A stretch of DNA of 64,000 nucleotides from a virus. Positions within the stretch are counted from its first letter, which is position 1; each line of letters opens with the position of its first letter. Position numbers and translations under genes: made by a program. Under the pieces are notes generated by a model that made no database searches, was not told the origin of the DNA, and was given only the letters and a program-made list of their open reading frames with translations. The stretch is from positions 32,001 to 96,000 of IMG/VR virus record IMGVR_UViG_3300042309_001504. One strand, written 5' to 3'. This document shows, piece after piece, positions 10,723 to 19,875 of the stretch.

Positions 10723-11433
10723 TCATGCCTCTTTCCAGTTGTCGTCGTAGCCTATTAGGTCTTGGGAAATATTATCAATATTTTGTTGATACTTTGATAA
10801 CTCTCTTATAATAGACACGGCCTGATCATGCATCAAGTTTTTAATATTTTCAGAATAACCTAATGATACTATTAATTTATTGGTATTAACATTTAATCTT
10901 TTGGACATAACATCAATAAAATTAATTTGATTGGAACTAATCCTATTAACATTGTCGCCAGAAGGATCATCTTCAATATTAGTGGCCAATTCTTCTGCCG
11001 CAACAACCTTTCTTAATCTTAATGCTCGTCTTAGTGCTCGTCCTTCTGCTCTTGTTTCGGCTACGGCCACAGGATGATTACGATATATCTTATCGCAGTT
11101 GCCCCAATAAACGTCCGCAGAGCCATCCACAGTCAGAGTATTTAAACCTTCTGGGTCTGGTTCAGATGGATTTAAACGATACGTTAACGAATGAACAACC
11201 GTTGCTCTTTTTTCGTTGTCTGGACTAGGAGATTGAGCAACTGTTGATGTTGATGATAATAGACGACATTTTAATGCTATTTCAAATATACGACGCAATC
11301 CATCTGTTGTTGGATTACCACTAATTTTTTCATCGTCAGATAATAATCCTAGCACATAGTCATTCCATTCCAGATCATTAGGTGTGACTGTTGGTAATTT
11401 TTCTTCTGTTGATTCTGTAGTTTTTTTAACCAT
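10723..11433 (-). CDS. Hypothetical protein, possible single-strand annealing protein
   Basis: HPVAVAETRAEGRALRRAL helix resembles Rad52/Sak-type annealing proteins; GGAG RBS. Function is inference. Confidence 0.4.
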   Translation of the reverse strand: MVKKTTESTEEKLPTVTPNDLEWNDYVLGLLSDDEKISGNPTTDGLRRIFEIALKCRLLSSTSTVAQSPSPDNEKRATVVHSLTYRLNPSEPDPEGLNTLTVDGSADVYWGNCDKIYRNHPVAVAETRAEGRALRRALRLRKVVAAEELATNIEDDPSGDNVNRISSNQINFIDVMSKRLNVNTNKLIVSLGYSENIKNLMHDQAVSIIRELSKYQQNIDNISQDLIGYDDNWKEA

Positions 11434-11435
11434 TT

Positions 11436-12227
11436 CTAATCTCCTATTTCTATAGTCCTTTGATTAATTGGCGGAAATTTAATTTGTATATTATCAAGAA
11501 TAGTTTTTAATTCCTGATATATTAGTAATGCTCTTGATTTAGAAAAGTCTTTGGTTTGTTTTATTCTGATTAATACCAATCCTTTTCCTATTATTAGTCC
11601 TGTTTTTTTGTTATCATATGATATGTTTCTATTCAACACATCATCTCCCCATACCGGAGCAAAGTGGGACGGTCCGTCCACCTCAATCGCTACATTCATG
11701 GTAGGCAGAAATATATCTATTTGCAACTTGGTATTAGCTAACAATTGCTCTTTGTGAAACTCTATTTTATGATTATCCTTAATCAAACATTGAGATATGA
11801 ATTTTTCTAATTTAGAACCATCCTTACTAGCTTGTCTTACTGCTTTATTAGCTTTTGTCAACATATTTTCTTTATCGTTTTTAGATTTTTTTTCCCAATT
11901 TTTTTTCGCCGTATTTTTACGATTTTCCAATTCATTATCTGATAATTGCTCCCAAGAGTGTACTAATGATACTCCAATTTTAGTTTTTGTATCGTCTGGT
12001 CTTGTTGTACCTTTAGTCGGATGTTTATGCACACCGGTGTTTAATGCATTCTTTTGAGCTTCGCTTTTATCTCTTAATGCTATACCAAATTTTATAGCAT
12101 CTCGTCTAATTTTATTAGCATATGTATTGTATTTATGTGCTATATTTTGCAGTGAATTATTGTTATTAATATATTCTTCAATTATAAGATCTTGTTTTTT
12201 TTGATCAGATAAATCATTGTAATTCAT
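11436..12227 (-). CDS. Vsr/DUF559-like PD-(D/E)XK endonuclease with N-terminal DNA-binding region (homing-endonuclease-like)
   Basis: IDIFLP..NVAIEVDGPSH...D..K..LVLIRIK motif; basic NUMOD-like linker (TRPDDTKTKIG). Confidence 0.65.
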   Translation of the reverse strand: MNYNDLSDQKKQDLIIEEYINNNNSLQNIAHKYNTYANKIRRDAIKFGIALRDKSEAQKNALNTGVHKHPTKGTTRPDDTKTKIGVSLVHSWEQLSDNELENRKNTAKKNWEKKSKNDKENMLTKANKAVRQASKDGSKLEKFISQCLIKDNHKIEFHKEQLLANTKLQIDIFLPTMNVAIEVDGPSHFAPVWGDDVLNRNISYDNKKTGLIIGKGLVLIRIKQTKDFSKSRALLIYQELKTILDNIQIKFPPINQRTIEIGD

Positions 12228-12621
12228 TACAAATATCCTTTAGCGAATTTATAAGAGAAATTTTAACATTTGGTATGGTGGATTTCATTTGATCAACTAT
12301 GATCGATGATTCTGGAGATTCATTATATATGAAATATTCGTGATAGTTATAAACTATTGGTAGATCATAACATTCTTTACTTCTTAATATAACTAATTTT
12401 GGATCGCTGTTTAAATAGTATGAATGAAAAATTGGTAAGAAAATATTTTCTTTTACCATACATTGATCAGAATAAATAGCATAAGTATATGACATATTAA
12501 AATTATTATTATTAATTTCATTTAATATCTCTTGATATGCTATATCCTTATAATTTTCTGATGTAAAAACACTAAAAGCTAACGCAATATGTTTTTTAGG
12601 ATTTGGTCTTTGAAACTGCAT
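12214..12621 (-). CDS. Hypothetical protein
   Basis: 135-aa ORF overlapping both neighbours. Confidence 0.55.
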   Translation of the reverse strand: MQFQRPNPKKHIALAFSVFTSENYKDIAYQEILNEINNNNFNMSYTYAIYSDQCMVKENIFLPIFHSYYLNSDPKLVILRSKECYDLPIVYNYHEYFIYNESPESSIIVDQMKSTIPNVKISLINSLKDICNELQ

Positions 12622-13330
12622 GATTTAATATCCTTTTAGATTTATTCAATGTTTTTAAATTATTAATAAAAATATAGTCTTTATCACTAAATTCCACAGG
12701 CTTAAATAAATGTCCTTGTTCTATAGTAGTATTTATAATTTCAAATGTGAACTTATTTATTGTCTTACTAATTGAAAAAGTATTTTGTATATGTTGTTTT
12801 GTTTCTTTATTCAAATAAACCATATCGGAATATTTGATATCTGTTAAATCGAAAAATATATTATTAATATAAGAGTCATTAACATAGCAGCCAAGATTAA
12901 TATTATCTATATATTTAGATTTTAATACTCCTACTAAATTATCATTATGAGTATTATGACATATTTTTTTAAGAACATTTTTATTATAAACACACCCATA
13001 ATTTATAAACAATATATCATCATAAAATGTATGATTTAAACAACTAACTAGTGCTCCTCCAAAATTAATATTTTGATTTGTCACACTATAATTATGCTTA
13101 ATAATCTTAACATGCTTGTTATGTTCGATTGATTTTGCCACCTTATTAGCATCAAAGTATAATGACAAAATAATCTCATAATTTTTACCATGAAAATAAT
13201 TCTGTATAGTTTCTATTTGATGATGCAATAATGGTTTTTTATTAATATTTATTAAACATTTTGATCCTAGTGATTTAATACCAGGATCAGGTAATGTACA
13301 TAATAGTATAATTGATATATTATTTCTCAT
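12596..13330 (-). CDS. Divergent sugar-phosphate nucleotidyltransferase-like protein
   Basis: SLGSKCLININKKPLLHHQIETI resembles the NTP-transferase N-terminus, but the GxGxR loop is degenerate. Confidence 0.5.
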   Translation of the reverse strand: MRNNISIILLCTLPDPGIKSLGSKCLININKKPLLHHQIETIQNYFHGKNYEIILSLYFDANKVAKSIEHNKHVKIIKHNYSVTNQNINFGGALVSCLNHTFYDDILFINYGCVYNKNVLKKICHNTHNDNLVGVLKSKYIDNINLGCYVNDSYINNIFFDLTDIKYSDMVYLNKETKQHIQNTFSISKTINKFTFEIINTTIEQGHLFKPVEFSDKDYIFINNLKTLNKSKRILNHAVSKTKS

Positions 13331-13770
13331 TATTTAAGTTCTAATTCTAGATAATATTCAAAACCATTAATATATTTTCTGGATAAACACCTAAATTCTT
13401 TTTGAGCATTTAAAATTATTGATCCTATAGAAGATAGAGTATGTATGTTAGTCTTACCACCAAATAATAAATATTTACTATCTATACTAATTACTCTATT
13501 AACCATATAAATACAAAACTGTTCTAGATCTATAGATTGAACGTGTAATTTTCCAGTATGAATCAATTTTGATGAAATATTTTGTATAATTGTATTGATT
13601 TCATTATCTTTGTGATAATCTAGTAAATCTGTTATAAATATTTCTTGGATACTTTTTTCTGGAATAGTATTTACATCTTCATATAAGACTAATTCGTATC
13701 CTGTTGGAACATTAGAAGTATCGAATAAGGATATAAAAATTTTATTCTTGTTGTTCTTTTGGGATTTCAT
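13330..13770 (-). CDS. Hypothetical protein, partial methyltransferase-like fold
   Basis: SIQEIFITDLLDY...KLIHTGKLHVQSID resembles the C-terminal half of class I methyltransferases; no SAM motif I. Confidence 0.4.
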   Translation of the reverse strand: MKSQKNNKNKIFISLFDTSNVPTGYELVLYEDVNTIPEKSIQEIFITDLLDYHKDNEINTIIQNISSKLIHTGKLHVQSIDLEQFCIYMVNRVISIDSKYLLFGGKTNIHTLSSIGSIILNAQKEFRCLSRKYINGFEYYLELELK

Positions 13771-14251
13771 AAGGCTTTTTATCTTTCATGTTAAACGGAA
13801 TTTTAGTAATTTGATACAAAAGATTTTTCCATTTTTCGATATTCTCATTATCTTTATGATTAAAATGTAATACTAAATTATGCATTCTGTTCCAAGAATT
13901 ATATATCTCGTTATTAATTGCTATTAGAAATATAGAGTTGGATTGGAAAGATATAATATCCTGACTTAAAAAAGATGGTTTTGTTTCATGGTCTATGACT
14001 AAAACAGGACAGTGAAAAAAATATGCCAAATCCATACACTTTTCTAATTGTGTGATCTTATTATTACAAATGATTAAATCTAGAGATAAGTGACCAAATA
14101 ATGAATCCTCAAAAGATAATAAATTACCATCGCCTATCACAAATTTTCTTAGAAAAAAATCAAAAGACTTATTTTCGCACGATCCCATAATAACATTAAG
14201 TGGAGTGTCGTATGTATTGGTATATCTTTTTATAATAGATGATATTAACAT
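13742..14251 (-). CDS. Hypothetical protein (possible GT-B N-terminal-like domain)
   Basis: 169 aa inside the glycosyltransferase cluster; DLIICN..CPVLVIDH pattern. Confidence 0.45.
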   Translation of the reverse strand: MLISSIIKRYTNTYDTPLNVIMGSCENKSFDFFLRKFVIGDGNLLSFEDSLFGHLSLDLIICNNKITQLEKCMDLAYFFHCPVLVIDHETKPSFLSQDIISFQSNSIFLIAINNEIYNSWNRMHNLVLHFNHKDNENIEKWKNLLYQITKIPFNMKDKKPYEIPKEQQE

Positions 14252-15351
14252 ATTAATTCATTAACTCTGCTGTATGAGAATTGATCTAAATCATATTGAT
14301 TATTAGTATTATATCTATTTAGCCAAGCTAATTTCATTTTATAGCATAAATCCTCATAGTCAACACTCATCCATTTGTGATCAATAGTATTATCAATAAA
14401 ACTTTTAGTATATGGATCATAAACATTACAAATATTAGCATTGACAGTATAAGATGAGCCCACTATTTCTGACGATCCAATATGCTTGTTAACAATAATA
14501 TCATTATTAAATAATGCAGATTCTAGAACAGAATATCCAAAATTTTCACCCATAGACACATCTACAAAACAATTTCCATTATAGTGCAATTTAAGAAGCT
14601 GGAAATATTCAAATTTGCCTATCATCATCTTGATATCTGGTGCGGATTCTTTGGATATTTTATTTGCATCATAAATTCTACTAACCTCATAATCTATTTC
14701 TTTGCATAAAATTTCATGATTATTATGAAGATGATGTGGCTTGGTTTTAACAATTAATTGAACATTATCGTCTTTACGAAAAGTATGAATATATGCAGAT
14801 ATTAATGATATAAAATTTTTACGATGTATAAAGTCACCTATCCCATAAAAAACATATGGATCTTTTTTTTGCAACCAATCATATTTTTGATATGAATTAT
14901 CTTTTAGGGATAGATCAATCAATTCTGGCACATATTTCACTTTGGTATCGCTGTTCAATACGATATCATTTAATACTCTATGATTAAGTTTAGAATTAAC
15001 TATAATCCTATCTACTAGATTAAATCTTGATCGTAATATCTTATGTAAATTTTGGGTATTAAATTGAAAGAGTCCGATATTCAGATCAAATCTAGAATCT
15101 TGTATATAATCGAAAGGATGACAATGCTGAATAAGAATATCGTATTTTTTTAAATAGTTATTTTCTAACGGTAGAATCTCTGAAGATATCTCATTTTCTG
15201 GATAAATATCACCTGTTGTGAATATTGGTGCTATACAAATATCGTGACCAGCATGATACAATGCACGAATATAATTCCTAGCGCTTTGTCCTGCTCCACT
15301 AAATTCTCTATATGGACCAATATATAATATTCTATGTTTATTGATTGGCAT
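14245..15351 (-). CDS. GT-B (family 4-like) glycosyltransferase
   Basis: FSGAGQSARNYIRAL, IGDFIHRKN and GENFGYSVLESA (EX7E motif). Confidence 0.85.
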   Translation of the reverse strand: MPINKHRILYIGPYREFSGAGQSARNYIRALYHAGHDICIAPIFTTGDIYPENEISSEILPLENNYLKKYDILIQHCHPFDYIQDSRFDLNIGLFQFNTQNLHKILRSRFNLVDRIIVNSKLNHRVLNDIVLNSDTKVKYVPELIDLSLKDNSYQKYDWLQKKDPYVFYGIGDFIHRKNFISLISAYIHTFRKDDNVQLIVKTKPHHLHNNHEILCKEIDYEVSRIYDANKISKESAPDIKMMIGKFEYFQLLKLHYNGNCFVDVSMGENFGYSVLESALFNNDIIVNKHIGSSEIVGSSYTVNANICNVYDPYTKSFIDNTIDHKWMSVDYEDLCYKMKLAWLNRYNTNNQYDLDQFSYSRVNELIC

Positions 15352-16948
15352 AGTTTATAAAATCATCGTTAAGCTGTACTTCTCCTGATCGAATCTTTTC
15401 GAAATAATTTTTGTTATTCATATAAGTTTCTAATGTTTTTACAGCATTTTCTTTAGTATAAACATTCATAACATTATTTCTGATTTCATAACCATCGTCT
15501 AAGTTTTTAATTATTTCTTGAATAAAATTTGTCTGCCATAAATATGGATCATTAATGACATCATAAACTAAAAATTTAATAAAATTTCTATTAGATAAAT
15601 TATTTGGAACCTTTTTCTCTGGATACATGACTAATGGATCATCCCAATTGTTTTTAGGTTCAATTTTATCAAATACTGTTTCTATTGTTGAAGCTGTTTT
15701 ATCCCAACTATAATGTTCTATAATTTTTGATCTTATATTTTGTTTAATTTTATCTTTGGTTTTATCATCTAATTCATAAAATCTATATAGAGTTTGTAAT
15801 AATTCGCTATCATTAGGAATTGCTCTCATAGCACCGGTTTCTAATTCTTTAAATAGAGCATACGAAATCTTGTATGCCTCCAACTTAGATGTAACCTCTG
15901 ACATAGCACTATAGTCAACAGAACATAATGGAATACCACATGATGCTGCTTCTAACTGTGGAATACCTAATCCTTCACATATAGCATATTGAACATATAT
16001 ATCAAACAAATTATATACATCAACCATTTGTTGATCAGATAGTCCATCGATAACATTTGGTATTATGCAACTATTAATAGTTTCACAGAATGGACAACTT
16101 CTTTTTGGTCCTTGAAATTTAGATACAAATACTTTTCTACATTTTTTACAGATATATGAAAATAGCGTATTATTATGCATATCATATTCTTGTAATAAAT
16201 CCGGAATATCCCATCCAGCATTTTCTGGATAGCTAGTATGCAAATACAAATAAATATTAGAATTTCTAGTATAAAGAATTAATTTCTTAACAACATCCAT
16301 AAGATTTGGAATAAGTTTTCTTTTTTGGTTTCTCATCACAGAACCGATAATAAAACCTTGTGGGCATAACATCTTTGCTCTGTGAAAAGATAGACCATAA
16401 TTAATTGGACAAAATCTATTGGTATCCACAGAATCAGCAACAGATGGTCCAACAGTAATATTTCTGTTACTATCTGCTAAATATTGTACAGCCCAATCTG
16501 TATGGGCTAACACCATATCGGCATTTTTAAAAACCTGTAACCACGCATTTTTTTGAGGTAAACTATCAACTGTTGGTGCAACAACCCAGTTATAGTATTT
16601 GCGTAGCGGAGATATTTCTTGAAATGACATCATCCAAAAATCTCTAATATCGAAAACAATATCTGGACGAAAATCTAAAACAGTTTTATCAAATCTCCAT
16701 TGTCCAAAAGCATTTATGGCATTAGCAGAATATGTGGTATGATCTTTATGATTTTTATCTACTGCGTTTGGATAAACTTTCCATGGAACATTTCGTGGCG
16801 ATTGACCAGTATTATAACAACTTAACTCAGCTAATTCATATTTATTTGTTTGATATAAACGACTTAGGATTTCTCTAGTATACAAACCAAATCCGGAATT
16901 AATAGAGTGTGATTCGGCACACATCAAAATTCTTTTTTTACGATTCAT
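15338..16948 (-). CDS. GT-B (family 4-like) glycosyltransferase with Zn-ribbon insertion
   Basis: SGFGLY, RNQKRK and EGLGIPQLEAASCGIP motifs; inserted CKKC...CPFC. Confidence 0.85.
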   Translation of the reverse strand: MNRKKRILMCAESHSINSGFGLYTREILSRLYQTNKYELAELSCYNTGQSPRNVPWKVYPNAVDKNHKDHTTYSANAINAFGQWRFDKTVLDFRPDIVFDIRDFWMMSFQEISPLRKYYNWVVAPTVDSLPQKNAWLQVFKNADMVLAHTDWAVQYLADSNRNITVGPSVADSVDTNRFCPINYGLSFHRAKMLCPQGFIIGSVMRNQKRKLIPNLMDVVKKLILYTRNSNIYLYLHTSYPENAGWDIPDLLQEYDMHNNTLFSYICKKCRKVFVSKFQGPKRSCPFCETINSCIIPNVIDGLSDQQMVDVYNLFDIYVQYAICEGLGIPQLEAASCGIPLCSVDYSAMSEVTSKLEAYKISYALFKELETGAMRAIPNDSELLQTLYRFYELDDKTKDKIKQNIRSKIIEHYSWDKTASTIETVFDKIEPKNNWDDPLVMYPEKKVPNNLSNRNFIKFLVYDVINDPYLWQTNFIQEIIKNLDDGYEIRNNVMNVYTKENAVKTLETYMNNKNYFEKIRSGEVQLNDDFINYANQ

Positions 16949-16973
16949 ATACTAGAGAATCCTGTCGTTATAT

Positions 16974-17351
16974 TCAGAATGCAACGTTTTCTAATTGCTT
17001 AGTTTCTTCTTCTGATCTTTTCTTCAACTTTGTGATTTTAGAAAAGTTATTAACTCTGATCTTTAGAGAATTATGCTTAACGCCGTCCTTCTCCCAGGTA
17101 TCGTTTCTTAAAGAACCCTCAACAAGAACCAAATCACCCTTCTTAAAAGATGAATGTATGGTCTCTGCTCCACTATCCCATGCTTCGCAAGGTATAAAAG
17201 ATGTAATCTTATCCTTTGTACCATTTGCCCTAGTAAACTCTCGTGAAGTTGCTACTGTAAAATTAACAACAGATGTTTGTTTTTCTCCGTTATTAATAAC
17301 TCTTAGTTCTGGATCACGAGTCAAATTGCCTCTAAGTATAACAATATTCAT
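16974..17351 (-). CDS. ssb: Single-stranded DNA-binding protein
   Basis: MNIVILRGNLTRDPELR and KKGDLVLVEGSL; C-terminal AF; AAGGAG RBS. Confidence 0.95.
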   Translation of the reverse strand: MNIVILRGNLTRDPELRVINNGEKQTSVVNFTVATSREFTRANGTKDKITSFIPCEAWDSGAETIHSSFKKGDLVLVEGSLRNDTWEKDGVKHNSLKIRVNNFSKITKLKKRSEEETKQLENVAF

Positions 17352-17393
17352 TTTACAAATCTCCTTGTTTAAAGTACCAAAACCAACAACTTT

Positions 17394-17421
17394 ATTGTAC
17401 CGAAAACCTGGGTTTTGTCAA
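17394..17421 (-). promoter_or_regulatory. Sigma70-type promoter for ssb
   Basis: TTGACA (17421-17416), 16-nt spacer, TACAAT (17399-17394). Confidence 0.75.
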
Positions 17422-19016
17422 GCTTTCGGTAGATACAACTTATCAACTATCAATCCATCTTTTGTTTTACTTTTGTTTCCCGACAGTATAACAACATTAC
17501 CAACAAACAAAGCATTTTTATATTTAGCATATTGGTCTGGAAAAAAGATTATTGAATCCAAGCAACCAGTATTATCAGAAGCGGTAATAAAAGACATTTC
17601 TGCTCCCGGTTTAGCTCCACTCTTTGTTTTTACAATATTTATATTTTCTATTTCACATGCTAATATCGCATTATTTACTGTAGGACTTTTAAAATCTCTA
17701 CAACTACAATTAGTCATATTGATATCATACATATCTATTTTTGAACAAGTAACTGAATATCCCAATAATGAATATTCTGTATCAGATAACCACTCTATAG
17801 TATCATCTAAACTATAAGGCGGTCTATTAATAGTCTGCATAAGATTTTGTATAATATCTTTACGTTTTACTGATAGTCTAGGCATTTTCATTAGTAGTAC
17901 AAACATATCATATAGAGAACCACAAATATTATTTGATATAAATTGTAATTCTTTGTCTGTTAATTCTGATAGTAATGTATATTCAAAAATTAATTTATTT
18001 CTAGATTTACCAAAATGATCAAATGCACCAACAGAGATTAATGCTTTGGATGCTGTGCTATTAATTTTTAGTAGAATTTTAATTAATATATCATACCACG
18101 ATGAGGTATTTAAATCCATATTATTTTGAGCTACTAAATTAGTCATTTTATCAAATACAGAATCTCCAACACCCTTTATGTCTGTTAAGCCAAAATAAAT
18201 AGATTTGTTTTTTAATATAAAATATTTATTCAGGAGTCTAAAATCAGGAGGTTTAACAGTTACATTCATCTCATTAGCATTTTGTATCAACTCTTTAATT
18301 TCTGCTTGAGGATCAATTTTATCTTTAGCAAATCTAAGATAGGAATTAAAAAATATTCTTGGAAAATGTGCCTTACAATATGCAGATAAATATGCATTAA
18401 TAGCATAACTTACAGCATGACTTTTATTAAAAGAATATCTTTGGCTTTTTTCAATCCAGTTAAAAATTTCTTCTGCTTGATTCTGACTAATTATTTTGGT
18501 TTCTAGACAACCATTTATAAATTTAGATTTAAGCTTAGACATTTCTTCTGGTTTTTTCTTACCAATAGCTTTTCTTAACATATCTGCTTCTTGCAAATCA
18601 AAACCAGCTAATTCTTTAGCTATTTCCATAGCCTGTTCTTGATAAACCATCTCTCCGTATGTATTAGATAATATCGGTTCAAGAGCATCGTGAAAATAAT
18701 CTACTGATTCTTCACCATTCTTTTTATCTATATAGTGATTGCTAACACTTTTCCCATCTCTAATTGCTTCTAAACAACCGGGCCTCATGATGCTAATTAG
18801 TGCTGCTAATTGCTCTATATTTGTTGGTTTGAGTTTTTTTGCCATTGTTTTACCAAGTCTGCTTTCTAATTGAAAACATCCTTTAGTATTACCATCAGAA
18901 ATTAAATTCCATGTTTTTGAACACGATAAATTTAATTTGCTAATATCTGGATTAAACTCAACACCATCATCGGTTCTATCGAACTGACAACCACAAGAAT
19001 ATTTTATATTTTTCAT
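17418..19016 (-). CDS. dnaE: DNA polymerase III alpha subunit, C-terminal half (fingers, HhH, OB)
   Basis: GNTKGCFQLES, MRPG, VYQEQ, LRKAIGKK, YSFNKSHAVSY and GLTDIKGVG motifs; OB-fold tail. Confidence 0.92.
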   Translation of the reverse strand: MKNIKYSCGCQFDRTDDGVEFNPDISKLNLSCSKTWNLISDGNTKGCFQLESRLGKTMAKKLKPTNIEQLAALISIMRPGCLEAIRDGKSVSNHYIDKKNGEESVDYFHDALEPILSNTYGEMVYQEQAMEIAKELAGFDLQEADMLRKAIGKKKPEEMSKLKSKFINGCLETKIISQNQAEEIFNWIEKSQRYSFNKSHAVSYAINAYLSAYCKAHFPRIFFNSYLRFAKDKIDPQAEIKELIQNANEMNVTVKPPDFRLLNKYFILKNKSIYFGLTDIKGVGDSVFDKMTNLVAQNNMDLNTSSWYDILIKILLKINSTASKALISVGAFDHFGKSRNKLIFEYTLLSELTDKELQFISNNICGSLYDMFVLLMKMPRLSVKRKDIIQNLMQTINRPPYSLDDTIEWLSDTEYSLLGYSVTCSKIDMYDINMTNCSCRDFKSPTVNNAILACEIENINIVKTKSGAKPGAEMSFITASDNTGCLDSIIFFPDQYAKYKNALFVGNVVILSGNKSKTKDGLIVDKLYLPKA

Positions 19017-19696
19017 TTAAATGAATTCTCAAAATTAACTTTTGGTGATAAATTACGATGTAATTTCAAAAAACGTATCAAAATATTAGCACAGTCCTTC
19101 ACATCCTTTAACGCATCATGTGCTCCAGATTTATCTATTCCTAGATAATCTCTAATATTATCTAATGAATAACTCTTAATTTTATCTATATTTTCAAACC
19201 AATAAAAAATTAAATTCATAATATCTAAAACGTCTCTTGGATAAAATATATTACTATAATTTTCTTTATTTGTATTTTTATATTTTTGGCTTAATCTATT
19301 AACTATAACAAGATCAAACCTATGTATATTGTATCCGGCAGCAATTGGTGCAGAAAATTCATTTTTCTTTGTTGATCTACAATGATACTTATCCAAGTAA
19401 TTGGTAAATTGTTTCCATGATTGTTCTTGCTTTGGATAAGTTTTCCATAGCTCTAGAATATCTGATTGAGAGCATCCTTTGACTTTAGCATGAAAATCTA
19501 GTATATCATTATCATATTGATGATCTATATTTTTTTCTAAAAGTTCTGGTCTTAGATTAATATTAAATTCTGAATCTTTTATAATTTCTAATTTAATTGG
19601 ATCAATCATAACACACGCTAATTGTACTGGACTACATTCGTGTGGATTTTTACCATCGGTCTCAAAATCAAATACGCATATTTTTTTATTAGCCAT
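19013..19696 (-). CDS. dnaQ: DEDDh 3'-5' exonuclease (Pol III epsilon-like)
   Basis: ExoI FDFETDG, ExoII GYNIHRFD, ExoIII HDALKD. Confidence 0.85.
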   Translation of the reverse strand: MANKKICVFDFETDGKNPHECSPVQLACVMIDPIKLEIIKDSEFNINLRPELLEKNIDHQYDNDILDFHAKVKGCSQSDILELWKTYPKQEQSWKQFTNYLDKYHCRSTKKNEFSAPIAAGYNIHRFDLVIVNRLSQKYKNTNKENYSNIFYPRDVLDIMNLIFYWFENIDKIKSYSLDNIRDYLGIDKSGAHDALKDVKDCANILIRFLKLHRNLSPKVNFENSFK

Positions 19697-19875
19697 TAAT
19701 TAATAACCTCTACTTGTTCCATAGGTTTGATCACAACATGTTCATTATTACTAAGCCTTATTGCATTATGCTTAACTTTGCAACAAGTTATTCTCTCTTC
19801 TTTGATTTTTTTATATTCTTCATTTGTTGCCAGTACTCTAAACTTCACATCTAATGGAATTTCATAAAATTTCAT
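19696..19875 (-). CDS. 59-aa hypothetical protein (not in ORF track)
   Basis: MKFYEIPLDVKFRVLATNEEYKKIKEERITCCKVKHNAIRLSNNEHVVIKPMEQVEVIN*. GGAG RBS; ATGA overlap with the dnaE-N stop and TAATG overlap with dnaQ. Confidence 0.8.
   Translation of the reverse strand: MKFYEIPLDVKFRVLATNEEYKKIKEERITCCKVKHNAIRLSNNEHVVIKPMEQVEVIN

Noticed and set aside
16909-17817. 302-aa plus-strand ORF
   Set aside because: Antisense shadow of ssb and the dnaE C-half; no RBS or recognisable motif.
19013-19875. Group I intron or intein between the dnaE halves
   Set aside because: The interval is fully occupied by coupled ORFs, leaving no room for a ribozyme core; the inserted enzyme is a DEDDh exonuclease, not a homing nuclease; no intein terminal motifs.
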